DNA of 64,000 nt from Myxococcota bacterium (GCA_036149055.1 JAYZQJ010000014.1:32001-96000), one strand, 5' to 3'. Positions 8,777 to 24,128 are shown, numbered from the stretch's first letter. The notes: a model not told the origin generated them from the sequence alone. Program-made: numbers and translations.

Positions 8777-10102
8777 ATGAAGACGCTCGCGGACCTCCGG
8801 GCCCACGCCGACGCCGCGCTCCTCGCCGGCAAGCACCTCGAGGCCCTGCACGGCTACGCGGTGCTGCTGACGCTCGAGCCCATCAACCTCGACGCCCGGC
8901 TGCGGCTGGCCGACTCCCTGCTCGCGCTCGGGGAGATCCAGCGCGCGGCGGTGGTCTACACCGCGGTGGCCCGACACTGCGCCCACGGCGGCCACCCGCT
9001 GCGGGCTCTGGTGGCGCTCAAGGTGCTGACCACGCTCGAGCCGCTGCTCGAGTCCCTGCTGGCGAGCCTGAGCGAGCTCTACTCCCGCGACTCGGAGCGG
9101 CTCGGCCGCGGCATCCGGCTGGTGCCGGGGGATCCGGAGCGCGCCCTCCCGGACGGCTTCACCCTCGGCGAGATCCCGCCGCAGGATCAGCTGGTCGCCC
9201 ACTGCGAGAAGCTCGGCGCGGACCTCACCAAGACCGGGCAGGTCTACCCCGAGAACCTGCCGCCGATCCCCCTCTTCTCGGAGCTGCCTTCGGGCGCGTT
9301 CGCCCGGGTGCTCGCGGCGATGAAGCTGCGGCGCACCCGCCCGGGCGAGACGATCGTGGCCGAGGGTCAGCCCGGCCACAGCTTCTACGTGCTGGCGCGC
9401 GGCGAGGTGGCGGTCACCAAGCACCTCGCGCAGGGCGGGGAGCGGCGGCTCGCGACCCTGCAGGACGGCGCCATCTTCGGCGAGATGGCGATGGTGAGCG
9501 CCTCCCCCCGGACGGCGACGGTCACCGCGGTGAGCGACTGCGACCTGCTGGAGTTCGACCGCGAGGCCTTGGCCGCGGTGAGCCAGGACGTGGGCACGGT
9601 GGCGGTGGCCCTCGACAAGTTCACCCGCGAGCGGCTCCTGAACAACCTGCTCGCGACCGCGCCGCTGTTCGCGCCGCTCGACCGCCGGCAGCGCTTCGAT
9701 CTCATCCGCCGCTTCACCGCGCACGACGTGGCGGCCGGCGTGAACGTCATCGAGGAGGGGGCGACCGGCCGCGGCCTCTTCATGCTGCTCAACGGCGAGG
9801 TCGACGTCTCCAAGCGCGACGGCGCCTCGAAGGTGCTGCTGGCGAGCCTCGGGCCCGGGGACGTGTTCGGCGAGATCTCGCTGGTGCACGACGAGCCGGC
9901 GAGCGCGACCGTCACCGCGGCCAAGCAGAGCACGGTGCTGTTCCTCGCCAAGGAGATCTTCCAACGGCTCGAGGAGGCGGTGCCCGAGATCGGCGACTAC
10001 GTCCGCAACCTCGGCGAGGAGCGCATGATGGACACCCGCCTCCTCCTCGACAGCCCCTACGACGACGAGGGCACCACCGAGGACGACCTCATCCTGATCT
10101 GA
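8777..10102 (+). CDS. TPR-like N-terminus plus two cyclic-nucleotide-binding domains
   Basis: Two cNMP motifs (FGEMAM...PRTATV; FGEISL...ASATV); start ATG 8777 with TACCAT box upstream. Confidence 0.88.
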   Translation: MKTLADLRAHADAALLAGKHLEALHGYAVLLTLEPINLDARLRLADSLLALGEIQRAAVVYTAVARHCAHGGHPLRALVALKVLTTLEPLLESLLASLSELYSRDSERLGRGIRLVPGDPERALPDGFTLGEIPPQDQLVAHCEKLGADLTKTGQVYPENLPPIPLFSELPSGAFARVLAAMKLRRTRPGETIVAEGQPGHSFYVLARGEVAVTKHLAQGGERRLATLQDGAIFGEMAMVSASPRTATVTAVSDCDLLEFDREALAAVSQDVGTVAVALDKFTRERLLNNLLATAPLFAPLDRRQRFDLIRRFTAHDVAAGVNVIEEGATGRGLFMLLNGEVDVSKRDGASKVLLASLGPGDVFGEISLVHDEPASATVTAAKQSTVLFLAKEIFQRLEEAVPEIGDYVRNLGEERMMDTRLLLDSPYDDEGTTEDDLILI

Positions 10103-10134
10103 CTTTCCTGACCTCCGGGGCGTCCGGTGCGAGG

Positions 10135-11082
10135 ATGAGCTCCATGGTCCGCGCGCTCCTGGTCCTCGCGCTCCTCTGCCCGTGCGCGGCGCACGCCCAG
10201 CGCTGCGAGCCCGATCCGGCGCTGACCCGGGCGGCGGCGGAGCTGTCGCTCGACGGCGCCCTCCCCGACGCGCGTGGGGTGCTCGCGGTAGCCCGGGCCG
10301 CCGGAGCGGACGCCCCCATCGTGGACGCGGCGGTGGTCCCCGAGGCCCGCCGAGACGCGTTCCTCGCCCGCGCCGCCTCCCGCTTCGGGGGTCGGACCGC
10401 GTGCGGCGAGGCCCGCCGCGACGGGCGGGTCTGGATCCTCGCCGGGCCCCGGGACGGTCACCTCGCGCTCGAGGCCGACGGCCGGGTCCGGGTCTCGCTG
10501 GCGCCCGGCCTGTCCTCTCCGCGGCTGCACGTGCTCGCCGCCGACGGTGAGCTCTGGCAGCGCGAGGCGCGCACCGACGCGCCGATGGAGCTGCCGACCG
10601 ACCTCGCGCCTCCGCTGACGGTGCAGCTCGTCGCCGAGGACGCCGAGGGGCCCCGCCCGGTGGCCGAGCGGGTCGTCGGGGAGGCGCCGGACGCGGCCCT
10701 GGTGCGCTCGGACGAGCCGATCGCCTCACGCGTCGCCGGGCTCCGCGGCCGCAGCGGAGCGAGCGCGCTGAGGGCCAACCGCCTGCTCATGCGGGTCGCG
10801 ACCGCGCACGCCGCCCGCGTCTGCGGCGCGCCGCGGGCCCGCCACGTGACCGAGGGAGAGGACCCCGAGCAGCGCCTGGCGCGCGCCGGGATCCGAGCCC
10901 GGCACGTGGGCGAGGCGATCGCCCGCGCCGAGGACCGCGACCACGCGTGGGTCGCGCTCCGCTCGAGCCCGGCCCACCGGGCGGCGCTGACCGACCGCCG
11001 CTTCACCGACGTCGGGGTCGGCGAGGCGGACGGCGGCCGCTGCGTGGTGGTCCTGCTCGCGGCCTGGCCCCGGAGCTTCTGA
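10135..11082 (+). CDS. Secreted CAP/SCP domain protein
   Basis: Signal peptide ending AHA; C-terminal SPAHRAAL..RRFTDVGVG CAP motif. Confidence 0.75.
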   Translation: MSSMVRALLVLALLCPCAAHAQRCEPDPALTRAAAELSLDGALPDARGVLAVARAAGADAPIVDAAVVPEARRDAFLARAASRFGGRTACGEARRDGRVWILAGPRDGHLALEADGRVRVSLAPGLSSPRLHVLAADGELWQREARTDAPMELPTDLAPPLTVQLVAEDAEGPRPVAERVVGEAPDAALVRSDEPIASRVAGLRGRSGASALRANRLLMRVATAHAARVCGAPRARHVTEGEDPEQRLARAGIRARHVGEAIARAEDRDHAWVALRSSPAHRAALTDRRFTDVGVGEADGGRCVVVLLAAWPRSF

Positions 11083-11101
11083 GTCGGGGCCCGGGCTGCG
11101 A

Positions 11102-14323
<3,222 letters not shown>

Positions 14324-14449
14324 GGGATCTCGGGGCGCGCTCGAGGGGGCTCGGCGCAGCCGGGCAGGCGAGCGTAAGGCGGGGGCGGGGGTGGCGCAAT
14401 CGGCCGCAGCCGGAGCGTCAGTCTTGCGCGAACGCGCCGGAGAGGCACC

Positions 14450-15904
14450 TCATTCGAGCAAGTGCGCGCGGGCGACGATGAGCGCCGCCGCGCCGACGAA
14501 CGCCAGCAGCACCGTGACCACGATCAGGAGCGCCGACAAGAGGGTGCGCCGACGGTGCCGCGCGCTCGACAGCTCGGGGTCCCCGGTCTCGTCCATGACC
14601 CGCTGCGCCTCGAGGGCCGCGTCGATCCCGCGGCGCATGAAGACGATCACCGCGACGATCAGCCCCAGGGCCATCGCGAGCAGCGCGGCCAGGCGCAGGG
14701 TGCGCTGTCTGCCCTCCACCCGGGCCAGGTCCGCGTCCATCCCGCTGGTGGGCGCCGGGAGCGGGTGCACGCCGACCTCCAGCGAGGCCGCGGCCCAGGC
14801 GAGGCGGAGCGCGTCCGGGCCCTCGGGCGCGCGCCGGTCCCCGCCGGCCGCGTCGATGGCGGCGAGGGCCTCGTCGAGCGACCCGACCGCCACGTAGCGA
14901 ATCGCCGCACGCTCGGAGGAGAAGGGATCGGTCCGGACCTGCAGCCGCCAGAGCCCGTCGTCCAGCGCGTAGGGCAGCGGGAAGGCGCCCTCCTCGATCG
15001 GCCGGCCGGCGGTGTGGGTCCAGATCCCGTCGCGGTAGGCGTCCACGAACAGGCCGGGGCGGTCGCCGAGGGTCTGCACCGTGAGCTCGGGCCGGGGCGC
15101 GAGGCGCGCGTCGAGCGCGAGCGCCGGCGTGGCCAGCGCGACCGGGAGCTGCACCTCCCGGGTCGCGACCAGGGCGTCGCCCCGGTACGCCTCGAGCACC
15201 ACGTGCGCCTCCGGCCCGTGCACCCGCGCCGCCAGCGAGACCAGCCCGGCGGTCTCGAGCTCCGGCCCCGGCTCGACGGTGGCCGACTGGCTGAGCGCGA
15301 AGCGGACCCTTGCCGCCGGCTCGCCGACGTGCACGAGGATCTCGCAGCGCGCCTCCGGCACGCACGCGCCCCCGACCACCCGCACCTCGAGGGGCCAGGG
15401 CGGCGCGGCGTCGCCGGCCGGGGTGATCGGGCCGGGCGCGAGCAGCTGCAGATCTCCGGCGAGCCGCCCCAGCACGGACGCGGGCGCGGGCCGCGGGGTG
15501 ACCCGCACCGCCCGGGTGGCGGAGGCGACCGCCTCGCCGTCGACGAAGCCCACCGCCACCAGCGCGAGCGCGCCCGACGCGTCGGCGGGCACGTCGAGGG
15601 TGCCGGCGGCGCCCCCGCCGGGCGCGGGCTCCAGGGTGGCCTCGGCGATCGCCTCGCCGCCCTGGACGAGGCGGACCTGCGCCGGCGCGGCGTAGAGGTG
15701 CGGGCCGTCGAGCGCCTCGAGGTCGCCCACGAGGAGGGTCTGCACCGGCAGGGCGGCGCCGGCCGCCACCTCCCGCGGCGCGCGGACCTGGAGCTCGTGG
15801 TCGATCGACATGCGCTCGCCGAAGAACACCGCGAGCACCACCGCGAGCACCGCGAGCGGGACGGCGAGCCGGATCCCCCACTCGAGCGCGCGCTGGCCGG
15901 ACAC
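14450..15904 (-). CDS. Hypothetical membrane-anchored protein (N-terminal TM, beta-rich ectodomain, two C-terminal TMs)
   Basis: Hydrophobicity pattern; GTG start with TACCCT box upstream. Confidence 0.7.
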   Translation of the reverse strand: MSGQRALEWGIRLAVPLAVLAVVLAVFFGERMSIDHELQVRAPREVAAGAALPVQTLLVGDLEALDGPHLYAAPAQVRLVQGGEAIAEATLEPAPGGGAAGTLDVPADASGALALVAVGFVDGEAVASATRAVRVTPRPAPASVLGRLAGDLQLLAPGPITPAGDAAPPWPLEVRVVGGACVPEARCEILVHVGEPAARVRFALSQSATVEPGPELETAGLVSLAARVHGPEAHVVLEAYRGDALVATREVQLPVALATPALALDARLAPRPELTVQTLGDRPGLFVDAYRDGIWTHTAGRPIEEGAFPLPYALDDGLWRLQVRTDPFSSERAAIRYVAVGSLDEALAAIDAAGGDRRAPEGPDALRLAWAAASLEVGVHPLPAPTSGMDADLARVEGRQRTLRLAALLAMALGLIVAVIVFMRRGIDAALEAQRVMDETGDPELSSARHRRRTLLSALLIVVTVLLAFVGAAALIVARAHLLE

Positions 15905-15925
15905 CGGGCCGAGGGTACAGGGGAA

Positions 15926-18841
15926 TCAGCGACGGTGGGACACCAGGCGCTCGGCGAGGTCGCGGAGGAAGGCGCCGTCGGTGCAGCGCCGGTCCTCGAA
16001 CGCCCGGTAGCACTCCGCCTCGAGCGCGAGGGCGACGCCGCCCTCCTCCCAGCTGAGGCTGCGCACCCCTTCGTTCACCGTCTCGCGCGCCGGGCGCCCA
16101 CGCACCTCGAGCGTGGGGCGCGCGGGGGTGACGTCCGCCGGCAACGCGGCGTGCACCGTCGGGGTCGCGTGGAGCGAGAGCGTGAGCTCGCCGTCCCGGG
16201 CGCTGAGCGCGTAGAAGCCGGGGCCGCTCGTCAGCACGACGTCGCGCATGTGCTCGGCGGGGAAGAGCAGCACCTCGTCGGTGGGCGCCGCCTCGAGCGC
16301 GCGTCGCGACGGCTCGGGCAGCCGCGCCAGCTCGGCCGCGGGGGACGGCCCAGTAGCCGGCGCAGTTGCCGGCGCAGTTGCCTGCGCAGTCACCGGCTCG
16401 GAGCCCAGGGCCGCTCCCGAGGGCGCGACCGCCTCGGAGCCAGCCACGGGATCGCTCCCGCAGCCCGCGAGCGCGAGGGCGCACCCCGCGGCGAGACAGC
16501 CGGCCGCGACGCCACGCCGACGCCGGCGGGTCAGCCAGAGCGGGAGGCCCAGCGCCAGGAGCAGCCAGCCGATCGGGACCGCGCCCCCGCCGCCGGCCGA
16601 GCGGCAGCCGCAGCCGCCTTCGAGCGTGTCCGGGCGGGTGGGATCGCCGCCGTCCGGCGAGGCCCCGACCCCTCCGTCCGGTCGCGCGGTCGGCGGATCC
16701 ACCGGCCCGGGCCCGGCCGCGTCGAGCGCCTCACACGCGGCCGCCACGCCGGCCGGCCGGAGGGCGCCCCCGAGCGCGAGCAGCTCGCGGGGCGGGGACT
16801 CGGCGATCAGCGCCGCCACCGGATCGGCGAGGCGACCTCGGGGCGTCAGGAGCAGGGGCTCACCGAGGCCCGCGGCGGGCGCCGCGTCGGCGAAGTGGTC
16901 GGGGGCCGTCAGCAGCCAGCGGGGCACGATCTCTCCTCTCTCTCCGGCGAGGCGCACGATCTCGCGCGCGACCGCCGCGCTGGTCTCGAAGCGATCCTCG
17001 CCCGCGAGGCGGATCACGGTCGCGGCGCCGAGCGCCTCGCGGACCGCCTCGGGCACCACGCCCTCGCCGCCGATCAGGTAGGCGCGCGCCGGGGCCCGGG
17101 CCTCGAGGTGGGCGCGGGTCGCGGCGTCGAGCCCGGCGTCGCCCGCGTAGAGGAGCGGCGCGCCGAGGCGAGCCGCGAGGGCCGCGCCGGAGATGGTGTC
17201 GACCAGGGACGTCCCGCTGGCCACCACCACCGCGTCGACCGGGGCGAACACCTCGGCGGCCGCCACCGCCGTCTCGAAGCGGCTCTCGCCCGCGATCCGC
17301 TCGACCGTGAGGCCGAGCGCGCCGAGCTCCGTGACCTGCGCCTCGGGCACGCGGGACGGGCCGCCGACCACCCAGGCGTGCCGCAGCCCGGTCCAGCGCT
17401 CGAGCGCGGCGCGGGTCGCGTCGGGCAGGGCGTCCGCGGTCGTGTAGAGGATTGGCCGCGCGTCCCACCCGGCGAGCGCGCCGGCCACCAGAGCGTCGGC
17501 GCCGTCCGCGAGCGCGCCCTCGCCGTTGACGATCACCACGCCCTCGGTCGAGCCCTCGGCGCGCACCAGCTCGCCGATCGCGGCCGCGGTCGCGTAGCGG
17601 TCCGCGCCCTCCACCCGGGTGACGCGGGACGGATCGCAGCGACACTCGAGCGACACGGCGGGGTCGGCGTCGTCGCAGTCGAGCGCGCGCGAGTAGCCGT
17701 CCTCGTCGTCGTCGAGCCAGTCGCAGGCGCCGGGCGCGTCGCAGCGCGCGGGATCGACGGTCACGCGGACCTGCAGCTGATCGTCGGGCGGCCCGCCCTG
17801 GGACGGATCCCCGAACCAGGCGACGCCCTCACGTACGAGGTTGAAGTGCTGCGGGTAGTCGCCGCCCGCGTCGGGGGCCCGCACGGTGAACGAGAAGCGC
17901 CCGGTCTCGCCCGGCCGGACGACGGCGTCGACGGTGGCGGCGCGGTGCGGGGAGATCCAGTCGGGCCCGGCGAGCGGGCTCGCGCCGTCGCGCGGCTCGG
18001 TGGTCCCGAGGAAGACCTCGCCCGGCCGCCAGACCTCGCCGCCGGTGTTCCGCATCGCGATGTAGCCCGCGACCTCCTCCCGCGGCGCCAGCACGAAGGG
18101 CTCGCGCGCGAACGGGAAGCTCTGCTCGGCGAACGCGGCGCTCCACGCCGGCGGGCCCACCAGGTCCTCGTAGGAGCGGACGAGCGACATGTAGGTCGGC
18201 ACGTAGACCGACCCGAGCCCGCTGACGTTCTGCCGGATGTTGAAGTGGAGGTGGATGGTGGTGCTCGAGCTGCCGAAGTTGTCGCTGATGCGACCGAGGC
18301 GCTGACCGCGGCTCACGCGCTGGCCCCTGGAGACCGCGACCGAGCGCATGTGCAGGTAGTCGTAGCGGGTCCCGTCGTCGGCGGTGACGTAGACCGAGTA
18401 GCTGCCGATGTTGGTGACCGTGCCGGCCGCGGCGGAGACCGCCCAGTAGTGGTTGTCGCGGCAGGTCGCCGGCCGGATGTCCTGACCCTGATGGCCGCGC
18501 CCGCTCGGGCAGAGCGGCATGTCCCAGCTGCGCTCCTCGCAGTAGTTGTCGTGCCAGGGGTAGGCGTAGTTGGCCCCGGTGCACTGCCCGCCGCCCGGGC
18601 CCATGTAGCCGCCGTGGCCGTAGATCTGGGAGTTGGCGTAGGCGGGGCCGCTCTCGAACGGGAAGCGCATGCCGGGGGCGTACACCCGGGAGTCGACGCG
18701 CCCGGCGCCGGAGCGGAGCGAGCCGCCGCCCCGGCGCTCGAGGTCGCCGGGCGGCGTGTAGCTGAACTGGGCCGACACCGGTGCCGCGAGCAGCGGGGCG
18801 GCGGCGAGCAGCAGGGCGGCCGTGAACGGCAGGGCGCGCAT
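15926..18841 (-). CDS. M23 metallopeptidase + Ig-like domain + 3 cell-wall-binding repeat 2 + internal MYXO-CTERM + C-terminal lipoprotein-like domain
   Basis: Signal peptide; HQGQD and HLHF M23 motifs; three R(V/I/L).G.(D/S)R(Y/F).T CWB2 units; GGCGC-TM-RRRRR; then LAG-C. Confidence 0.85.
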   Translation of the reverse strand: MRALPFTAALLLAAAPLLAAPVSAQFSYTPPGDLERRGGGSLRSGAGRVDSRVYAPGMRFPFESGPAYANSQIYGHGGYMGPGGGQCTGANYAYPWHDNYCEERSWDMPLCPSGRGHQGQDIRPATCRDNHYWAVSAAAGTVTNIGSYSVYVTADDGTRYDYLHMRSVAVSRGQRVSRGQRLGRISDNFGSSSTTIHLHFNIRQNVSGLGSVYVPTYMSLVRSYEDLVGPPAWSAAFAEQSFPFAREPFVLAPREEVAGYIAMRNTGGEVWRPGEVFLGTTEPRDGASPLAGPDWISPHRAATVDAVVRPGETGRFSFTVRAPDAGGDYPQHFNLVREGVAWFGDPSQGGPPDDQLQVRVTVDPARCDAPGACDWLDDDEDGYSRALDCDDADPAVSLECRCDPSRVTRVEGADRYATAAAIGELVRAEGSTEGVVIVNGEGALADGADALVAGALAGWDARPILYTTADALPDATRAALERWTGLRHAWVVGGPSRVPEAQVTELGALGLTVERIAGESRFETAVAAAEVFAPVDAVVVASGTSLVDTISGAALAARLGAPLLYAGDAGLDAATRAHLEARAPARAYLIGGEGVVPEAVREALGAATVIRLAGEDRFETSAAVAREIVRLAGERGEIVPRWLLTAPDHFADAAPAAGLGEPLLLTPRGRLADPVAALIAESPPRELLALGGALRPAGVAAACEALDAAGPGPVDPPTARPDGGVGASPDGGDPTRPDTLEGGCGCRSAGGGGAVPIGWLLLALGLPLWLTRRRRRGVAAGCLAAGCALALAGCGSDPVAGSEAVAPSGAALGSEPVTAQATAPATAPATGPSPAAELARLPEPSRRALEAAPTDEVLLFPAEHMRDVVLTSGPGFYALSARDGELTLSLHATPTVHAALPADVTPARPTLEVRGRPARETVNEGVRSLSWEEGGVALALEAECYRAFEDRRCTDGAFLRDLAERLVSHRR

Positions 18842-18854
18842 GACGCGGAGCGTC

Positions 18855-18870
18855 CGCAACGACGATGCCA
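18855..18870 (-). promoter_or_regulatory. Sigma54 -24/-12 promoter upstream of M23/CWB2 gene
   Basis: Minus strand TGGCATCGTCGTTGCG (GG-N10-GC); predicted TSS near 18844, 3 nt before ATG 18841. Confidence 0.7.
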
Positions 18871-19031
18871 GCCCCGCTCGCGGGGTCGCTGGGCGCCGGT
18901 GCGGACCCCAGATCGCGGCGCGATGCGACGAGACGGCGCGATCGGGCGAAGGAGGGTGTCCAGGAGCTGATCGCCACCCGGACAGGAAGGATGGCATGGT
19001 ATGACGCGTACTCGATCGCGTGCGGGCCACC

Positions 19032-19703
19032 ATGGGCGCCTACTGGCTCTACTACCTCGGCATCTTCGCCGCCTACTGGCTCGTCGATCACCCGGCGGTC
19101 CTGGTGGGCCTGGGCGTGATGATCCTGCTCCGGCGCTGGATCCCCGATCCGTGGGTCCTGCTCCGTACGTTCGGGCGCATCCGCAAGCTGAAGGAGCAGA
19201 TCGCGGCCAACCCGGCGAACGTCACCGCCCGGCGCGACCTGGCTCGCATCTACCTCGAGCGGCTCCGCCCGCGGGCGGCGCTCCGGCTCGTCGATCAGGC
19301 GCGGGAGCGCGACCGGGACAGCGCGGAGCTGCTCTTCCTCCGGGGCCTGGCCCTGCACCGGGTGGGCGAGCACGAGGAGGCGCTCGGCCCGCTGGTCGAG
19401 GCTGTGGAGGTCGACCCGCGGGTCGGCTTCGGCGAGGCCTTCAAGGTGGCCGGCGACGCGCTCAGCGCCCTGTCCCGCCACGAGCAGGCGATCGACGCCT
19501 ACGACCGCTTCCTCGAGAAGAACAGCTCGTCGATCGAGGGTCACGTGAAGGTCGCGCTCGCGCACCAGCGGGTGGGCGAGGAGCGCGAGGCCAAGGAGGC
19601 CATCCGCGAGGCGCTCGGCACCTGGTCGGCGATCCCCGGCTACGCCAAGCGCCGTCAGCTCGGCTGGATGGCGCGGGCCCTGTACTACCGCGTGATGCTC
19701 TGA
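19032..19703 (+). CDS. Membrane-anchored TPR protein
   Basis: Two N-terminal hydrophobic helices followed by TPR-like repeats. Confidence 0.8.
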   Translation: MGAYWLYYLGIFAAYWLVDHPAVLVGLGVMILLRRWIPDPWVLLRTFGRIRKLKEQIAANPANVTARRDLARIYLERLRPRAALRLVDQARERDRDSAELLFLRGLALHRVGEHEEALGPLVEAVEVDPRVGFGEAFKVAGDALSALSRHEQAIDAYDRFLEKNSSSIEGHVKVALAHQRVGEEREAKEAIREALGTWSAIPGYAKRRQLGWMARALYYRVML

Positions 19704-19721
19704 AGCGGCTATCGTCGCCGC

Positions 19722-21041
19722 GTGGACGTGGTGGTGGTGGGGGCCGGCGTGGCCGGGCTGCGGGCGGCGCGGATCCTCGCGGACGAGGGGCGCGAGGTCG
19801 TGGTGCTCGAGGCGCGGGATCGCGTCGGCGGGCGGCTCCTCAGCCGGGACGTCGGGCGGGCCCGCTTCGACGTCGGCGGCCAGTGGATCGGGCCGAGCCA
19901 GCGGCGGGCCCAGGCGCTCACCGCCGAGCTCGGGCTGGCCACGTTCGACACCTTCACCGAGGGCGATCGCCTCACGGTGGTGCGCGGTCGGGTGCGCCGC
20001 TACCGGGGCACGATCCCCAAGCTCGACCCGTTCGCGCTGCTCTCCCTGCACCGCGCCATGGGGCGCATGGAGGCGATGCGCGCCCGGATCGCGCTCGACC
20101 GGCCGACCGAGCCGGAGGCGACGACGCTCGACGCCTGGCAGCGGCGGCACGTGCCCAGCGGGATCGCGCGGGACCTGGTGGAGGCGGCGATGCGGGTCGT
20201 CTTCGGGGTCGAGGCCCGGGAGCTGTCCCTCGCGAGCTTCCTGACCTACGCGCAGAGCGCCGGCGGGGTGCTGCCGCTGATCGAGTCCGAGGAGGGCAAC
20301 CAGGAGACGCGGTTCCGGGACGGCGCGCAGCGCCTCGCCTTCGGGATGGCCGAGCGGCTGGGCGACGCCGTGCGGCTCGGCTGCCCCGCGCGGCGCGTGG
20401 CGCAGGACGACGACGGGGTGACGGTGACCCACGACGGCGGCGAGGTCCGGGCCCGGCGCGCGGTGATCGCCGTGCCTCCCGCGCTCGCGCGCCGCCTGGT
20501 GTTCACGCCGCCGCTGCCGCCCGCCCGGCGCCGCCTCGTCGACCGCACGCCGACCGGCGCGACCACCAAGCACCTCGTGCTCTACGACCGGCCCTTCTGG
20601 CGCGACGCGGGCCTCTCCGGAGAGGCGGTCTTCGACGCGGGCCCGATCAGCGTCACGATGGACAACACGTCGTTCGACGGCGCGCAGCCGGCGCTGGTGG
20701 CCTTCAGCGTGGCCCAGCCGGCCCGCGCGCTCTCCGCGCTGCCCGCGGTCGAGCGGCGACGCCGCGTGCTCGAGCGCCTCGTCCACGCCTTCGGTCCCGA
20801 CGCGGGCGCGCCGACCGCGCACGTGGAGAAGGAGTGGGCCCGCGAGCGCTGGAGCCGCGGCTGCCCGGTCGGCCTCTCGCAGCCGGGGCTCCTCCGCGAG
20901 CACGGCGACGCCCTCCGCGCGCCGAGCGGGCGGCTGCACTGGGCGGGGACCGAGACCGCGCGGGAGCACCAGGGCTTCATCGAGGGGGCCCTCGAGAGCG
21001 CCGAGCGGGTGGCCGAAGAGATCCGGCTCGCGAAGAGCTGA
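19722..21041 (+). CDS. Flavin monoamine oxidase family
   Basis: GAGVAGL Rossmann motif, EARDRVGGR, DVGGQWIGP, LHWAGTETA...GFIEGALES. Confidence 0.92.
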   Translation: MDVVVVGAGVAGLRAARILADEGREVVVLEARDRVGGRLLSRDVGRARFDVGGQWIGPSQRRAQALTAELGLATFDTFTEGDRLTVVRGRVRRYRGTIPKLDPFALLSLHRAMGRMEAMRARIALDRPTEPEATTLDAWQRRHVPSGIARDLVEAAMRVVFGVEARELSLASFLTYAQSAGGVLPLIESEEGNQETRFRDGAQRLAFGMAERLGDAVRLGCPARRVAQDDDGVTVTHDGGEVRARRAVIAVPPALARRLVFTPPLPPARRRLVDRTPTGATTKHLVLYDRPFWRDAGLSGEAVFDAGPISVTMDNTSFDGAQPALVAFSVAQPARALSALPAVERRRRVLERLVHAFGPDAGAPTAHVEKEWARERWSRGCPVGLSQPGLLREHGDALRAPSGRLHWAGTETAREHQGFIEGALESAERVAEEIRLAKS

Positions 21042-21100
21042 CCCATACGGCGGCCGATTCGGCGCTGGCGTCGGGCGGGCGGGTTCGGTATCGCGATCCG

Positions 21101-21921
21101 ATGCGCCGTATCCCTTTGCTCGCCTTGCTCCTCGTCGCCTGCGACGCGCCGCCGCCCGCCGTGGAGGACGCGGCGATCACCTTCGAGGCGCCCGACGCCG
21201 GGCCGGTCGAGGACGCCTCCACTCCGCCCGAGCCGGCGGTGGGCGACGCGTGCGACGCCGACGACGTCTGCCCGGGCGCCGCGCCCGTCTGCCTCGGCGG
21301 CGAGGGGTGGCGTGACGGCTACTGCACCGAGTACTGCGAGGAGGGCGCGGACACCTGCCCCGAGGGCTCGCGCTGCACGCCCATCGACCACCGCACGCGG
21401 GTCTGCCTACGGAGTGCGACACCCGCGTCGAGAAGGACTGCCGCCCCGGCTACGGCTGCGCCGAAGGGGGCCCGGACGCCTCGGTCTGCGAGCCCGGCTG
21501 CGACGTCGACGCCGACTGCCCGGACGGGCTCCGCTGCGACCCGGCCGACGGGATCCGCGGCGAGGGGCAGTGCTACGACCCCGAGGCGGCGCTGGGCGAT
21601 CCCTGCGTGGACCCCGAGGACTGCACCGCGGACGGCTGGTGCATGCGCGAGCGCGACCGCGGCTGGCCGGGCGGCTTCTGCACCCTCTTCCGGTGCAACG
21701 AGGTCGACGACGCCGGCTGCCCGGGCGACGCCCACTGCGTCTTCCACTTCTACCGCGACCCGATCTGCGTCGACGGCTGCGAGGTCGACGCGGACTGCCG
21801 CCCCGGCTACGCGTGCCTCCCGGACGAGACCTACCCCGACCGGATGATCTGCACCCCGCGCTGCGACGCCTCCTCCTGCACGGAGCTCACCTGCTCGCCG
21901 GACACCGGCCGCTGCGAGTGA
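21101..21921 (+). pseudogene. Cys-rich lipoprotein interrupted by a 1-nt frameshift (pseudogene or sequence error)
   Basis: MRRIPLLALLLVA-C frame is Cys-rich to ...RVCLR (~21411); Cys-rich reading continues in the -1 frame from GAG 21412 (ECDTRVEKDCRPGYGC...) to TGA 21921. Confidence 0.75.
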
Positions 21922-21922
21922 C

Positions 21923-21964
21923 GGAAAACGAAAGCGCCGGCTCCCCGAAGGGAACCGGCGCTCT
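21923..21964 (-). terminator. Intrinsic terminator of hppA
   Basis: Minus strand AGAGCGCCGGTTCCC-TTCG-GGGAGCCGGCGCTTTCGTTTTCC. Confidence 0.85.
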
Positions 21965-21986
21965 CGGCTCGAAGCCTGGAGAGGCT

Positions 21987-24128
<2,142 letters not shown>

